Below the pieces are notes generated by a model. It saw only the letters and a program-made list of their open reading frames with translations. It was not told the DNA's origin and made no database searches. From an uncultured Bacilli bacterium (lineage in GTDB: Bacteria; Bacillota_I; Bacilli_A; RF39; UBA660): DNA of 64,000 bases. This document shows, in pieces, positions 21,621 through 31,795 of this stretch. Every line of letters begins with the position of its first letter. Position 1 is the stretch's first letter. The stretch covers positions 2,474 to 66,473 of the forward strand of contig CALVVF010000001.1 in the NCBI GenBank assembly GCA_944363785.1. Direction: 5' to 3'. A program made the translations under genes and the position numbers.

Positions 21621-22819
21621 AGTTAAATACAGATTTCGTAAGAGGATATAGTTATATTACTAGTGATGAAGAAAAGAAATTAGAACGTATTCAAAAAAGC
21701 ATAGAGGAGAAATCTTCTATGCTGGATTGGATCGATATAGATACTTGTGTTTCAAAAGAAGAAAAACAAGAAATAAAAAAAGTAGCTAAACAGCTTAGAG
21801 AAAAATACCAAGTGTTTATTGTGATCGGTATTGGTGGTTCTTATCTAGGAAGTAAAGCGGTTATCGAAAGTTTATCGCCTTACTTTCCTAAAGAGGAACA
21901 AAGAGAAATTATCTTTGCGGGGTATCAATTATCTTCTTCTTATTTAAAAGAATTACTTCAGTACATAGAAGATAAAGAAGTTTGCCTACTGGTAATTTCT
22001 AAGTCTGGGTCTACATTAGAACCAGCAGTTAGCTTCGATGTATTAAAAAACCATTTAAAAGCCAAATATTCCAATTATCAGGAACGTATTGTTGTAATCA
22101 CAGATAGAGATCGTGGCATTTTACGAAGAGAAGCACAAGAAGAAGGATACCTATCGTTTGAGGTTCCTAAAAATATTGGCGGTAGATACTCCGTTTTATC
22201 TGCAGTTGGATTGTTGCCGATTGCCCTTAGTGGCATCGATATCGATAAGCTCTTAAAAGGAGCAAGTAGCATGCGTGATTGCTTTAAAGAAGCGAAAATG
22301 TTCGCAACGATTCGAGACCATTTAGAATATGTAGGAAAAAACATAGAAATGATTACCGTCTATGAAGAAAAACTTACCTCTTTCGCGATGTGGTATCAAC
22401 AATTATTTGCCGAAACCCAAGGAAAAAATCATAAAGGTATCTTACCGGTGGTCAATTTAAATACTACGAATCTACATTCTGTTGGTCAATATCTTCAAGA
22501 TGGAACGAGAAATGTATTTGAAACAGTAATCAAAGTAAAGAAAAGTGATGAATTATTCTTAGATAAATATAAGATCGATATGCATGAGTTGAATAGCTTA
22601 GTTCAAGAACAAGTAGCTAAAGCTCATCTTAAAGGAGATACCCTAAGTATCGTCATCGAAATTGACGAATTATCTCCATTCTGTTTAGGACAATTGATCT
22701 ATTTTCTAGAAATGAGTGCGGCAATCGGCGGTTACTTACTCGATGTTGATCCTTTCGATCAACCTGGAGTCGAAGAATATAAAAAGTTAGTTAACGAAAA
22801 ATTAGAAGAAAATAAGTAA
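21617..22819 (+). CDS. pgi: Glucose-6-phosphate isomerase
   Basis: IGIGGSYLG, ISKSGSTLE, GGRYSVLS, QQLFAETQGK, PFDQPGVEEYK; 4-nt overlap with upstream gene. Confidence 0.97.
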   Translation: MKLNTDFVRGYSYITSDEEKKLERIQKSIEEKSSMLDWIDIDTCVSKEEKQEIKKVAKQLREKYQVFIVIGIGGSYLGSKAVIESLSPYFPKEEQREIIFAGYQLSSSYLKELLQYIEDKEVCLLVISKSGSTLEPAVSFDVLKNHLKAKYSNYQERIVVITDRDRGILRREAQEEGYLSFEVPKNIGGRYSVLSAVGLLPIALSGIDIDKLLKGASSMRDCFKEAKMFATIRDHLEYVGKNIEMITVYEEKLTSFAMWYQQLFAETQGKNHKGILPVVNLNTTNLHSVGQYLQDGTRNVFETVIKVKKSDELFLDKYKIDMHELNSLVQEQVAKAHLKGDTLSIVIEIDELSPFCLGQLIYFLEMSAAIGGYLLDVDPFDQPGVEEYKKLVNEKLEENK

Positions 22820-22849
22820 AAAGTACTAGAAAAAAACTAGTGCTTTTTT
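22820..22849 (+). terminator. Intrinsic terminator after pgi
   Basis: AAGTACTAG-loop-CTAGTGCTT + T tract. Confidence 0.7.
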
Positions 22850-22962
22850 CGTACCAGAATGGTTAGCAAAATGTTAATTCTAAGAAAATTATACCCTTGT
22901 TTAAAGTAGTGAAAATGAGTATAATAATTTATAGAGTAGAGTAGAAAAGGAGTAATTAACTA

Positions 22963-24504
22963 ATGGATAAGATATTAAAAAAGAAATACGTACTTATTAT
23001 TATGATTTTAGCTGTTGTATGTATTTTGGCAGGTACTTCCTATGCCTATTTTACCGCAATGGCAGATTCTGATGATCAGATTGTCGATAGTGGAGTATTA
23101 CGGTTAACTTATCATACGGGGCAAAATATTGCTTTAGATAGTGTGTTCCCAGGAGAAGAAGCAGATGCCGGAATTCATGAGTTTACGATTGAGAATACGG
23201 GGACCTTAGAAGCAACCTATTATCTATATTTATCTAATGTAGTACTTCAAAAAGATGGGCAAGCTACCCAAAGTGAAAACTTGAAATGGAAATTATATAG
23301 TGCAGATGCAGATTATACGGAGCAAGAAGAAATTGCTTCTGGAGATTTTTCAGATGGTAGTAATACGATTGAACTTGATACGGATATAATCATTCAACCC
23401 CAAGAAAAACACTATTATATTTTAAAAATTTGGTTACAAGAAACCGGAAAACTACAAAATGAAGATCAAAGATTAAATTTAAGTACAATCGTAGAAGCAA
23501 CGACGATCAAGAAGAACATTAATAAAACCTTGATTAATACAATCAAAGGAGAAGCAGCACTTGATAATATAGCTAGTGAATTTGTTACTAGTTCCTCAGG
23601 AATAGACTTTTCACAAATCTCAAGTGATACAAATGGAAAAGGATTATATATTTTACATGGAACCGAAAATAATCCTAATCCAATCATGTATTACCGAGGA
23701 GCTGTAAAAAACAACAATGTAAAATTTGCGAACTTCTGTTGGAAAATTGTAAGAACAACCGAAACCGGAGGAGTAAAGTTAATTTATAATGGTAGTCCTG
23801 ATAGTAATGGACAATGTACTAATACTACAGGAAGTTCAACTGTGATACAAAATAGTGCATTTAATACTAATCTTAATGACAATGCTTACGTAGGTTATAT
23901 GTATGGGACATCAGAATCGTCTACTTATGAGGAAACACATAAAAATACGAATGATTCAACGATTAAGACGATAATCGATGAATGGTATAGGCAAAATATG
24001 ACAGAATATACTGAAGATCTTGAAGATACGGTATGGTGTAATGATCGAAGTGTAGTACAAGATAGTAGTTATTCAGGTACTGGTGCAGGAAAAGAAAGAA
24101 CAATGTATGGACCTAAGAATAGATTAGATACAAATAAAATTCCAAGTTTAGCTTGTGTAAATGAAAACGATCGATTTACAGTCAGTAGTGAGAATGGAAA
24201 TGGGGTCTTAACGTATCCAGCTGCATTATTAACAGCCGATGAATTTGTATATGCAGGAGCAGTTTATGGGCAAGGCAACAGTAATTATTATTTGTATAAT
24301 AATTATTCTTTGTGGTCTTTGTCGCCTAGCTATTTTAGTAGTAGCAATGCTGAAACCTTCAACGTGAATTCGGCAGGTTATCTCAGCAACCACTACACCC
24401 ACAATGCCTACGGCGCGCGTCCTTCCATATCTTTAAAGAAGGGAATTAAAGTAGAACTAGGAGGAGACGGAACAGCAGAAAATCCATATGTTGTAGTTGA
24501 ATAG
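22963..24504 (+). CDS. Secreted protein: SipW/TasA-like class-2 N-module plus head with DGR-target-like (C-type lectin fold) C-terminus
   Basis: Signal ending GTSYAYFTA; FTIENTGTL, LKWKLY, YILKIWLQETG..QNEDQ; C-terminal LWSLSP...GARPSISLK; paralogous to 60540 and 62072 over full length. Confidence 0.8.
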   Translation: MDKILKKKYVLIIMILAVVCILAGTSYAYFTAMADSDDQIVDSGVLRLTYHTGQNIALDSVFPGEEADAGIHEFTIENTGTLEATYYLYLSNVVLQKDGQATQSENLKWKLYSADADYTEQEEIASGDFSDGSNTIELDTDIIIQPQEKHYYILKIWLQETGKLQNEDQRLNLSTIVEATTIKKNINKTLINTIKGEAALDNIASEFVTSSSGIDFSQISSDTNGKGLYILHGTENNPNPIMYYRGAVKNNNVKFANFCWKIVRTTETGGVKLIYNGSPDSNGQCTNTTGSSTVIQNSAFNTNLNDNAYVGYMYGTSESSTYEETHKNTNDSTIKTIIDEWYRQNMTEYTEDLEDTVWCNDRSVVQDSSYSGTGAGKERTMYGPKNRLDTNKIPSLACVNENDRFTVSSENGNGVLTYPAALLTADEFVYAGAVYGQGNSNYYLYNNYSLWSLSPSYFSSSNAETFNVNSAGYLSNHYTHNAYGARPSISLKKGIKVELGGDGTAENPYVVVE

Positions 24505-24580
24505 AAGAATATGACTATTATAGAAAGTTATGCAAAAAAATAGATGAATAAAAACAAGAAGAAAAAGTTTTTTAAATATT

Positions 24581-24614
24581 AAGGGATGTTGAATGAATTT
24601 TCAGTATCCCTTTT
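24581..24614 (+). terminator. Intrinsic terminator
   Basis: AAGGGATGTTGAA...TTCAGTATCCCTTTT hairpin. Confidence 0.7.
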
Positions 24615-24687
24615 CATTTTCCAACTAAACTATATGAAATAAGTAATAAATAAAAAGTATGATATAATGTTTATGGTGATTGATTAA

Positions 24688-25248
24688 ATGAAAAAAATAA
24701 TTTATGTGACGGGTAATTGGTCAAAAATAATGAGTGCGAAGCAAATTCTAGAACCACTCGGAATAGAAGTAGACAATGTTAAATTAGAAACTACTGAGAT
24801 CCAGGCGGATACAGTAGAAGAAGTGGCAATACATTCTGCAAAGGAAGCAAGTGAAAGACTAAAGTGTACGGTTTTAAAAAATGATACAGGTTTATATGTT
24901 GAAGCTTTGAATGGCTTTCCTGGTCCATATACGCATTATGTTGATGAAAAACTTGGAGAAGAAGGACTTTTAAAATTATTAGAAGGCGAAAAGAATAGAA
25001 AGGCTTGTTTTATGGAAGCATTTGCTTATTGCGAATATAGTAAAGATCCAATTGTCTTTAAGTCCATTACAAAAGGAACAATTGCTCCTGAAAAATCTGG
25101 AAAGTATGGATGGAGTTGGGACTTTATCTTTATTCCTGAAGGAAAAGACAAGACGATGGGAAATTACCCTGATGAAGAAAGATGTCTAATGTGGAATACA
25201 GATGCTTATCATCAATTAGCTGAGTTTTTAAAGAATAAGGAAGATTAG
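24688..25248 (+). CDS. rdgB: Non-canonical purine NTP pyrophosphatase (RdgB/HAM1 family)
   Basis: VTGN..K, EIQAD, NDTGLYVEALNGFPGPY, WDFIFIP. Confidence 0.88.
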   Translation: MKKIIYVTGNWSKIMSAKQILEPLGIEVDNVKLETTEIQADTVEEVAIHSAKEASERLKCTVLKNDTGLYVEALNGFPGPYTHYVDEKLGEEGLLKLLEGEKNRKACFMEAFAYCEYSKDPIVFKSITKGTIAPEKSGKYGWSWDFIFIPEGKDKTMGNYPDEERCLMWNTDAYHQLAEFLKNKED

Positions 25249-25348
25249 TGATTTCAAATAAGAAATCTTGGACACAAAACAGCTATTATTTTTGACACTG
25301 TAAAAAGAAAATGTTAAAATGTATGTGTATTGAGTGAGGAGAAGAATC

Positions 25349-26212
25349 ATGGAAAACAAACTAGTAACGAACTTAATTATTGGAAGCAAAAATTTAATAA
25401 ATAAAGTGGGAATTTTGGTAAGACGACCATTACACCCAATTATTCTTAAACAAATGCCAAAAAGAAGAAATTTTGATCTCAAAGTATTAAACAAAAAACC
25501 AGAAGTTGTTGGGCCTGCCCTTTACATTGTTACACATTCAACTTGTCATGACGCACCAATTACTTGTGAAGTACTTAAAGATCATTTCTATCTTCTAGCT
25601 GGAAAACAAAAATTAGAACCCCTTGATCGCGTGTTTTTTCAACTAAATGGTAGACATTTTGTCGATCGTTCGGATTCCAAAAGTCAACAAAAAACAGCAG
25701 AAAAAATAGTACGTACAATAAATAACGGAACGAATTATGTTATCTATTCAGAACAAACTTGGTGTACTAAACCTAGTACACCTATCAATCATTTGCGTAG
25801 AGGGTGGGTAGATATTGCCAAAAAAGCCCATTGTCCTGTTATTCCACTTGCCTTAGAGTATTACGAATATACGGACAACATATGTTATGCTAAGTTCGGA
25901 GAACCATTCATTGTTGAGGAAAACGAGGATAAAATAGCAGTCAATAATCGATTAGAAGATACCTTAACAAGGTTGAAATTTGATATCTGGAATCAATTTC
26001 CTATTCAAGAAAGAGAAAAAATAGATTCTAATAGTTGGGATGAAATCATACAAAAAAGACAACAAGAATATCCTAAACTAGATCCTGAATTTGAAGCTCA
26101 ATTTGTAATTGATAGAGAAAATGATCCAGAGATAGTATTAAATTCTGAACCTTTCCAAACAGGTTTAAAAAAATTAGAAAATGGAACAAAAAATAAGCAA
26201 TTAATCAAATAG
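25349..26212 (+). CDS. Lysophospholipid/glycerol acyltransferase (PlsC-like)
   Basis: HxxxxD (HSTCHD), FVDR, YSEQT (FPEGT equivalent), PVIPLAL; RBS GAGGAG before ATG 25349. Confidence 0.8.
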   Translation: MENKLVTNLIIGSKNLINKVGILVRRPLHPIILKQMPKRRNFDLKVLNKKPEVVGPALYIVTHSTCHDAPITCEVLKDHFYLLAGKQKLEPLDRVFFQLNGRHFVDRSDSKSQQKTAEKIVRTINNGTNYVIYSEQTWCTKPSTPINHLRRGWVDIAKKAHCPVIPLALEYYEYTDNICYAKFGEPFIVEENEDKIAVNNRLEDTLTRLKFDIWNQFPIQEREKIDSNSWDEIIQKRQQEYPKLDPEFEAQFVIDRENDPEIVLNSEPFQTGLKKLENGTKNKQLIK

Positions 26213-26268
26213 ATATTTTCTCAAAAAAGTACATGTGATATACTATTAGTAGAATAGGGTGAAGTTTT

Positions 26269-28539
26269 ATGGCTAATTTGTATATTCCCGCATGTGCTTT
26301 TTTACTTGCATTACTTTTATTAATTATTTTTTTCGGAAGAAAGCGAGTGAATAACAAAGAAACTAGAATTTTTTCTGGATTAATTATCACTAGTTTCATC
26401 GATACCATTATGATGGTAGCTATTATTACAATTGGATACATAGACCCAACTCATTTTAGCTTATATATACTAAATCGAATTGATTTCGTTCAGTATTTAG
26501 GTTGGTCTTGGCTCTTCTTCTTATATATTTATTATGTTACTGTTTCTAATAAGAAAAATGGAGTCGATAAATATAATAGAATGATGAAAGTAACAAGAAT
26601 AATAAATACTATATCATTATTGTTTATTTTAACATTACCATTATATCTTCATAGTAAAAATGATGTAATGTACAGTTATGGTCCATCAGTTAGTATCTTG
26701 TATGTCTGTTGTGGTATTTATATTCTTTTATCTTTTGTAATTACATTATTTAATGCCAAAAATATCAAGAGTAAAAAGTATTTTCCTATTTTAGCACTAT
26801 TATTTTTAGGAACTTTAACACTTGGTATTCGAATGGTACAGCCTGGATTACTTGTTATTCCCTTTGTTATGGCATATATTAATTTGATTATGTATTTCAC
26901 GATTGAAAATCCAGATATTAAAATGATTGAAGAATTAAACGTAGCGAAGAGTTCCGCTGAAAAAGCTAACTTAGCTAAGTCAGAATTCTTATCTAGTATG
27001 TCTCATGAAATAAGAACTCCATTAAATGCTATCGTTGGATTTAGTGATTGTATTTTACGAGAAAACAATCTAGAAACAGCGAAAGATGATGCCAAAGATA
27101 TTATTACGGCTTCTCAAAACTTATTAGAAATTGTAAATGGAATTTTAGATATCTCTAAAATTGAAGCCAATAAAATGGAAATCAAAGAAATAGATTATAG
27201 CCCTAAAGAGACAATTTGTACTTTAGTAAAATTAATTGCCCCTAGAATTGGCGAAAAACCGATTGAGATGAAAGTAGGGATAAGTCCAGATTTACCTAAA
27301 GTTCTTTATGGAGATGTAAAGAAGGTTAAACAGATCGTGACGAATATTTTAACCAATGCGGTAAAGTATACGGATAAAGGTTATATTACGTTAACTCTAA
27401 ACTGTTTAAACCAACAGGATATTTCCACTTTAATCATTTCTGTTGAAGATACAGGTCGAGGAATAAAACCAGAAAAGATCAATAAACTGTTCACCAAGTT
27501 CGAGCGTTTAGATGAAGATAGGAATACGACGATAGAAGGAACAGGATTAGGACTTGCGATTACTAAACGATTAGTAGATATGATGGGTGGTAAGATCATC
27601 GTTCAAAGTAAATTTGGAGAAGGATCAAAGTTTACCGTTTATTTAAAACAAAGAATAAGCAAGTTAGATGCTGTTGAAGAAGAAAAGAAAGAAGCAGTAG
27701 CTAAACACTATCCAGGTAAGAAGATTTTAGTTGTCGATGACAATAAGATCAATCTAAAAGTAGCCACTAAGATTTTAAAAGAATTAGAAATTACGGTAGA
27801 AGAAGTAGATAACGGTTTTAGCTGTATCGAAAAAATTCAAAAAGAAAACTTCTATGACATGATTTTATTAGATGACATGATGCCAAGAATGAGTGGCTCT
27901 GAAACGTTAATAGAGTTAAAAAAGATTCCTACTTTTTCTTCTCCGGTTATTGCGTTAACCGCTAATGCGATCGAAGGAATGAAAGAAGAATATCTAAAAA
28001 AAGGATTTGATGGCTATATCGCTAAACCGATCGATCGTAATGAACTATATCAAACCCTAAACCACTTCTTTGATCAAGGCACAAAATCTTCAGCTGAAGA
28101 AAAAGTAGATTTCGGACCTCTACCTCAAGAAATTTATGAATTTAGTAGTCATTTTGATCAACAAAAAGAAACTTTTGATTTAGAATATCTAAAGAAAAAA
28201 GGAATCGATGTCGATAAAGGAATATCCTTACTAGGAGACGAAGAAACATATCGAGAAATGATGACGACATTCTTACAAGAAATTGATCAAAAGATAGAAA
28301 AAATGAAAACCTTGATCAGTGAGAAAAACACAAAAGAATATGCGGTATTGGCGCATGGAATAAAAAGTGATGCCAAGTATTTTGGCTTTACTAAGTTAGC
28401 CGATATTGCCTACCAACATGAATTAAAAGGTAAAGAAAACGATATCGATTTTATAGAAAAACATCATGAAGAATTCTTTGAAGAAATCAAAAAAACAAAA
28501 GAAATTATTCAGCCATACTTAGGGGAGGAACAAAAATGA
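26269..28539 (+). CDS. Hybrid sensor histidine kinase (multi-TM, HisKA, HATPase, REC, Hpt)
   Basis: [36 protein letters not shown]; REC ILVVDDN...LLDDMMP...YIAKP; Hpt AHGIKS. Confidence 0.95.
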   Translation: MANLYIPACAFLLALLLLIIFFGRKRVNNKETRIFSGLIITSFIDTIMMVAIITIGYIDPTHFSLYILNRIDFVQYLGWSWLFFLYIYYVTVSNKKNGVDKYNRMMKVTRIINTISLLFILTLPLYLHSKNDVMYSYGPSVSILYVCCGIYILLSFVITLFNAKNIKSKKYFPILALLFLGTLTLGIRMVQPGLLVIPFVMAYINLIMYFTIENPDIKMIEELNVAKSSAEKANLAKSEFLSSMSHEIRTPLNAIVGFSDCILRENNLETAKDDAKDIITASQNLLEIVNGILDISKIEANKMEIKEIDYSPKETICTLVKLIAPRIGEKPIEMKVGISPDLPKVLYGDVKKVKQIVTNILTNAVKYTDKGYITLTLNCLNQQDISTLIISVEDTGRGIKPEKINKLFTKFERLDEDRNTTIEGTGLGLAITKRLVDMMGGKIIVQSKFGEGSKFTVYLKQRISKLDAVEEEKKEAVAKHYPGKKILVVDDNKINLKVATKILKELEITVEEVDNGFSCIEKIQKENFYDMILLDDMMPRMSGSETLIELKKIPTFSSPVIALTANAIEGMKEEYLKKGFDGYIAKPIDRNELYQTLNHFFDQGTKSSAEEKVDFGPLPQEIYEFSSHFDQQKETFDLEYLKKKGIDVDKGISLLGDEETYREMMTTFLQEIDQKIEKMKTLISEKNTKEYAVLAHGIKSDAKYFGFTKLADIAYQHELKGKENDIDFIEKHHEEFFEEIKKTKEIIQPYLGEEQK

Positions 28540-29078
28540 AACTATTAATATTTTCTGATATTCATGGTATAAAAAATAATTTAACTTATTTAAAAGAAGT
28601 TTATGAAAAAGAAAAATGTGATCGAGTAATTGTATTAGGAGATCTATATTATATTGGTCCTAGAAATACGATGATACCTGGATATGATATTCAAGCAGTA
28701 AAGAGTTTTTTAGAATCATTTGGAGATAGACTAATTTCTATTCAAGGAAACTGTGATAGCCAAGTTGATCTAGATGTTTCTTCTTTTGTGATCGTTCCAG
28801 AGTTAGAATATTTACCATTAGATGGCTTAGACTTATATTTTACTCATGGTGATTTATATAATCACAAAAATTACGAGAAAATCCCATCTGGTAGCATCCT
28901 AATCTATGGACATGAGCATGACCCTTATATCGTAAACGAAAATAATAGGTGGTTCATCAATCCTGGCTCGATCTCACTTCCTAAAGGAAACACTTATCCA
29001 TCATATTTGATTTATGAAAATCGTACCTTTACCATTTATGACATTAAGGGACAACAACTATTTCAACAATCATTATAA
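28536..29078 (+). CDS. YfcE-family metallophosphoesterase
   Basis: SDIHG, LGD, GNCD, THG, GHEH, NPGS. Confidence 0.92.
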   Translation: MKLLIFSDIHGIKNNLTYLKEVYEKEKCDRVIVLGDLYYIGPRNTMIPGYDIQAVKSFLESFGDRLISIQGNCDSQVDLDVSSFVIVPELEYLPLDGLDLYFTHGDLYNHKNYEKIPSGSILIYGHEHDPYIVNENNRWFINPGSISLPKGNTYPSYLIYENRTFTIYDIKGQQLFQQSL

Positions 29079-29094
29079 TCAAAAAAATCATGAG

Positions 29095-29130
29095 AAAAAC
29101 GTTGATGAGAGATACATCAGCGCTTTTTTT
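29095..29130. terminator. Bidirectional terminator between convergent genes
   Basis: AAAAACGTTGATG-agata-CATCAGCGCTTTTTTT. Confidence 0.7.
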
Positions 29131-29145
29131 GTCATAAATAGGATA

Positions 29146-30363
29146 TTACCGATAAATACTATTCGTCATTTTACTTACCGCAATAAAGATGTAGGAAATT
29201 TTATACCACGTTTGAAAATTTACCGTTCCCGTAGAGGAGAGATTAAATACTTCTTGAAACTTTCTGACAGCTTTGGTCGTGTCACTATCAAATAATCCCG
29301 TTGAATTTTTAATTACTGGTATTCCAGGATAGCTTCCCCGTATATAGTTTAATGTATTTTGTAATTTGTATACATCTCTACTACAGTCACCTTCTTTTAA
29401 TGTCCCATCAAAAGAGTAGGGGTAGCTTTGGGTAGTTTCTGCTTCATAGATATTGATATTATTGCCGTAGTAATATTTTAGAATCTCCAAATGATTATAC
29501 CCGCGGTCTCCTAATTCTTTAGATCCCCATTGACTTAAGTTACCGGGCTCTGTCGTACTGCTTTTGTAGTGGGCAAGTAATGGTTCTGGACGATATCCTT
29601 GTCTAATATAATCAGTAAATATTTCATCGACTATTCTGGAAATCGGTTCAAATATTGTGCCATTTACAGTATATTTTTGATCATAACTAGTTGTAGAAGT
29701 GATAGTAAAGTCATAGCCTCTACTTTTATACCACTCGGTAAAAATTCGATTTAACGTATAGGAAATAATTGCTAATACGTTGGCTTTGATCGTTTCAGTA
29801 GGCCAAGTACTATAAATCTCGCTACTAGCTACATTCTTGATATAATCGATAAACGAAACCGTATAATTTGGCGCACTTGAATTAGAAGGTATCCCATCAT
29901 GCACAATGATATTCTCAGGAATTAGTACTTCGTCTAAGACATGGGGAGCAATTTCTTCTTCAGTAGGTTCATTTCCCGTTATATTTTGTGGATATTCTTG
30001 CCATAGAGTATTCGGAGTAATTACTGAAGTTTCTCCTTTTTGATTTTCATCGATCGAAGTCAAATAGATGTTTTGAATAGAAGTTACCTCATCGAATATT
30101 TGAACCCCCTCGATCGTAGTTGGCGTAAGCCCAACCGCATTTACAGTAACATCATAAGTTTCATAAGGACGTACTTCATGTTGTTCTTCTTCAGAATAAC
30201 TCTTATCGACAGTCTCTAAAGTCATTTTAGGAGTGGCACCATCTTCATCCGTAGTCACTGTCATTAAATCCATGCCATCTTTTGAAATTTTTACAGTTGC
30301 CCCTTTAACTGGATTAGCGATAGTATCGCTATAAACATTGACGATTAAATATCCATTTGTCAT
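29146..30363 (-). CDS. sleC: SleC-like spore cortex-lytic enzyme (pro-region, SpoIID/LytB-like domain, PG-binding domain)
   Basis: IPENIIVHDGIP, DYIKNVASSEIYSTWP, LNRIFTEWYKSRGYDFTITSTTSYDQ, SQWGSKELG match clostridial SleC; C-terminal AVRKFQEVFNL..TG.V. Confidence 0.85.
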   Translation of the reverse strand: MTNGYLIVNVYSDTIANPVKGATVKISKDGMDLMTVTTDEDGATPKMTLETVDKSYSEEEQHEVRPYETYDVTVNAVGLTPTTIEGVQIFDEVTSIQNIYLTSIDENQKGETSVITPNTLWQEYPQNITGNEPTEEEIAPHVLDEVLIPENIIVHDGIPSNSSAPNYTVSFIDYIKNVASSEIYSTWPTETIKANVLAIISYTLNRIFTEWYKSRGYDFTITSTTSYDQKYTVNGTIFEPISRIVDEIFTDYIRQGYRPEPLLAHYKSSTTEPGNLSQWGSKELGDRGYNHLEILKYYYGNNINIYEAETTQSYPYSFDGTLKEGDCSRDVYKLQNTLNYIRGSYPGIPVIKNSTGLFDSDTTKAVRKFQEVFNLSSTGTVNFQTWYKISYIFIAVSKMTNSIYR

Positions 30364-30472
30364 ATCTCACCTTAGAATAGGGTTATCTAGTTTCACCCAT
30401 TTATTCTATCCTTTCTCTATATTATATATAAATTTTCCAAAACCAATGAATATAATTTAATGAGGTGATAAT

Positions 30473-31744
30473 TTGCTTAATCAAGATTTACAAATGGGAG
30501 ATCATGGTAATGATGTTAGAATTTTACAAGAAAAGTTAAAAATATTAGGCTTTTATCCAGCTTTGATTAATGGGGACTTTGGTCTTGCTACAGAAGCAGG
30601 AGTAAAAGCATTTCAAAAAGAGTACTCTTTACCAGAAACAGGAATAGTCGATGAAGAAATGTGGGAGTTACTATTTTCTTTGACTGAAGTTGCCTATTCG
30701 AGTGCATTTAGTAAATATCCAACCCTTAGTTTAGGAATGAGTGGGGAAGAGGTTAGAGATTTACAAACCAAGTTAAAAACACTTTTATATTATACCGGAG
30801 AGATTAACTCTTTGTTTGATACGGCAACCCAAACGGCTGTTAAACGATTTCAATTTCATAATAATTTAACCACAACCGGAGTGGTAAATAACCAAACTTG
30901 GAGTATACTGGACACCTTATATGGAAATATCAATGAATGTGTAATTGAAAAAGAAGAAAATAAGGACAATGTTCACATTGTAGTAAAGGGGGATACCCTA
31001 TATTCGATAGCTAGACGTTATAATACCACAGTGGATGCGATAAGAAGACTCAATCAGTTAACAAGTGATGTCTTAAGTATCGGTCAGGTATTAAAAATTC
31101 CTTCTAGTAGCTCAGATAATGGAACTATTCCATCCACTACTTATACAGTTCAACCGGGGGATACCTTATATTCAATAGCTAGACGTTATAATACGACCGT
31201 AGATGCGATTAGGAGTTTGAATAATCTATCTAGTAATGTCTTGAGTGTCGGTCAAGTATTAAGAATACCTTCTTCTAATCAAAATACTCCTCAGTTAACT
31301 CATACGGTTCAACCAGGAGAGACTCTATTTTCGATAGCTAGACGTTATAATACGGCTGTAGATGCGATTAAGAGTTTAAATAATCTATCTAGTAATGTCT
31401 TAAGTATCGGTCAAGTATTAAGAATACCATCCAATGAAAATAGTCCTCAGCTAACCCATACGGTTCAACCAGGAGAGACTCTATTTTCGATAGCTAGACG
31501 TTATAATACGGCTGTAGATGCGATTAAGAGTTTAAATAATCTATCTAGTAATGTCTTAAGTATCGGTCAAGTATTAAGAATACCATCCAATGAAAATAGT
31601 CCTCAGCTAACCCATACGGTTCAACCGGGGGAGACTCTATTTTCGATAGCTAGACGCTATAACACTACTGTAGATACCATTAAAAGATTAAATAATCTCA
31701 CAAGTAACGTCTTAAGTATCGGTCAAATATTAAGAATAGCATAA
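30473..31744 (+). CDS. Peptidoglycan-binding protein: 2x PG_binding_1 plus 5x LysM, no evident catalytic domain
   Basis: TTG start with RBS GAGGTG; two V..LQ..L...TE.AVK.FQ....L..TG.V repeats; five GDTL/GETL.SIARRYNT LysM repeats. Confidence 0.92.
   Translation: MLNQDLQMGDHGNDVRILQEKLKILGFYPALINGDFGLATEAGVKAFQKEYSLPETGIVDEEMWELLFSLTEVAYSSAFSKYPTLSLGMSGEEVRDLQTKLKTLLYYTGEINSLFDTATQTAVKRFQFHNNLTTTGVVNNQTWSILDTLYGNINECVIEKEENKDNVHIVVKGDTLYSIARRYNTTVDAIRRLNQLTSDVLSIGQVLKIPSSSSDNGTIPSTTYTVQPGDTLYSIARRYNTTVDAIRSLNNLSSNVLSVGQVLRIPSSNQNTPQLTHTVQPGETLFSIARRYNTAVDAIKSLNNLSSNVLSIGQVLRIPSNENSPQLTHTVQPGETLFSIARRYNTAVDAIKSLNNLSSNVLSIGQVLRIPSNENSPQLTHTVQPGETLFSIARRYNTTVDTIKRLNNLTSNVLSIGQILRIA
31301..31735 (+). 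repeat. 156-bp intragenic tandem repeat (LysM units 3-5)
   Basis: CATACGGTTCAACC recurs at 31301, 31457, 31613; first two units appear identical by eye. Confidence 0.9.
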
Positions 31745-31750
31745 ACAAAA

Positions 31751-31777
31751 AAAACTCGTTTCATTCAAACGAGTTTT
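31751..31777. terminator. Bidirectional terminator
   Basis: AAAACTCGTTT-cattc-AAACGAGTTTT. Confidence 0.8.
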
Positions 31778-31795
31778 CCTAATCTTATTAAGTTG

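Noticed and set aside
29014-29295. 93-aa plus-strand ORF
   Set aside because: Spans a terminator and overlaps both flanking genes
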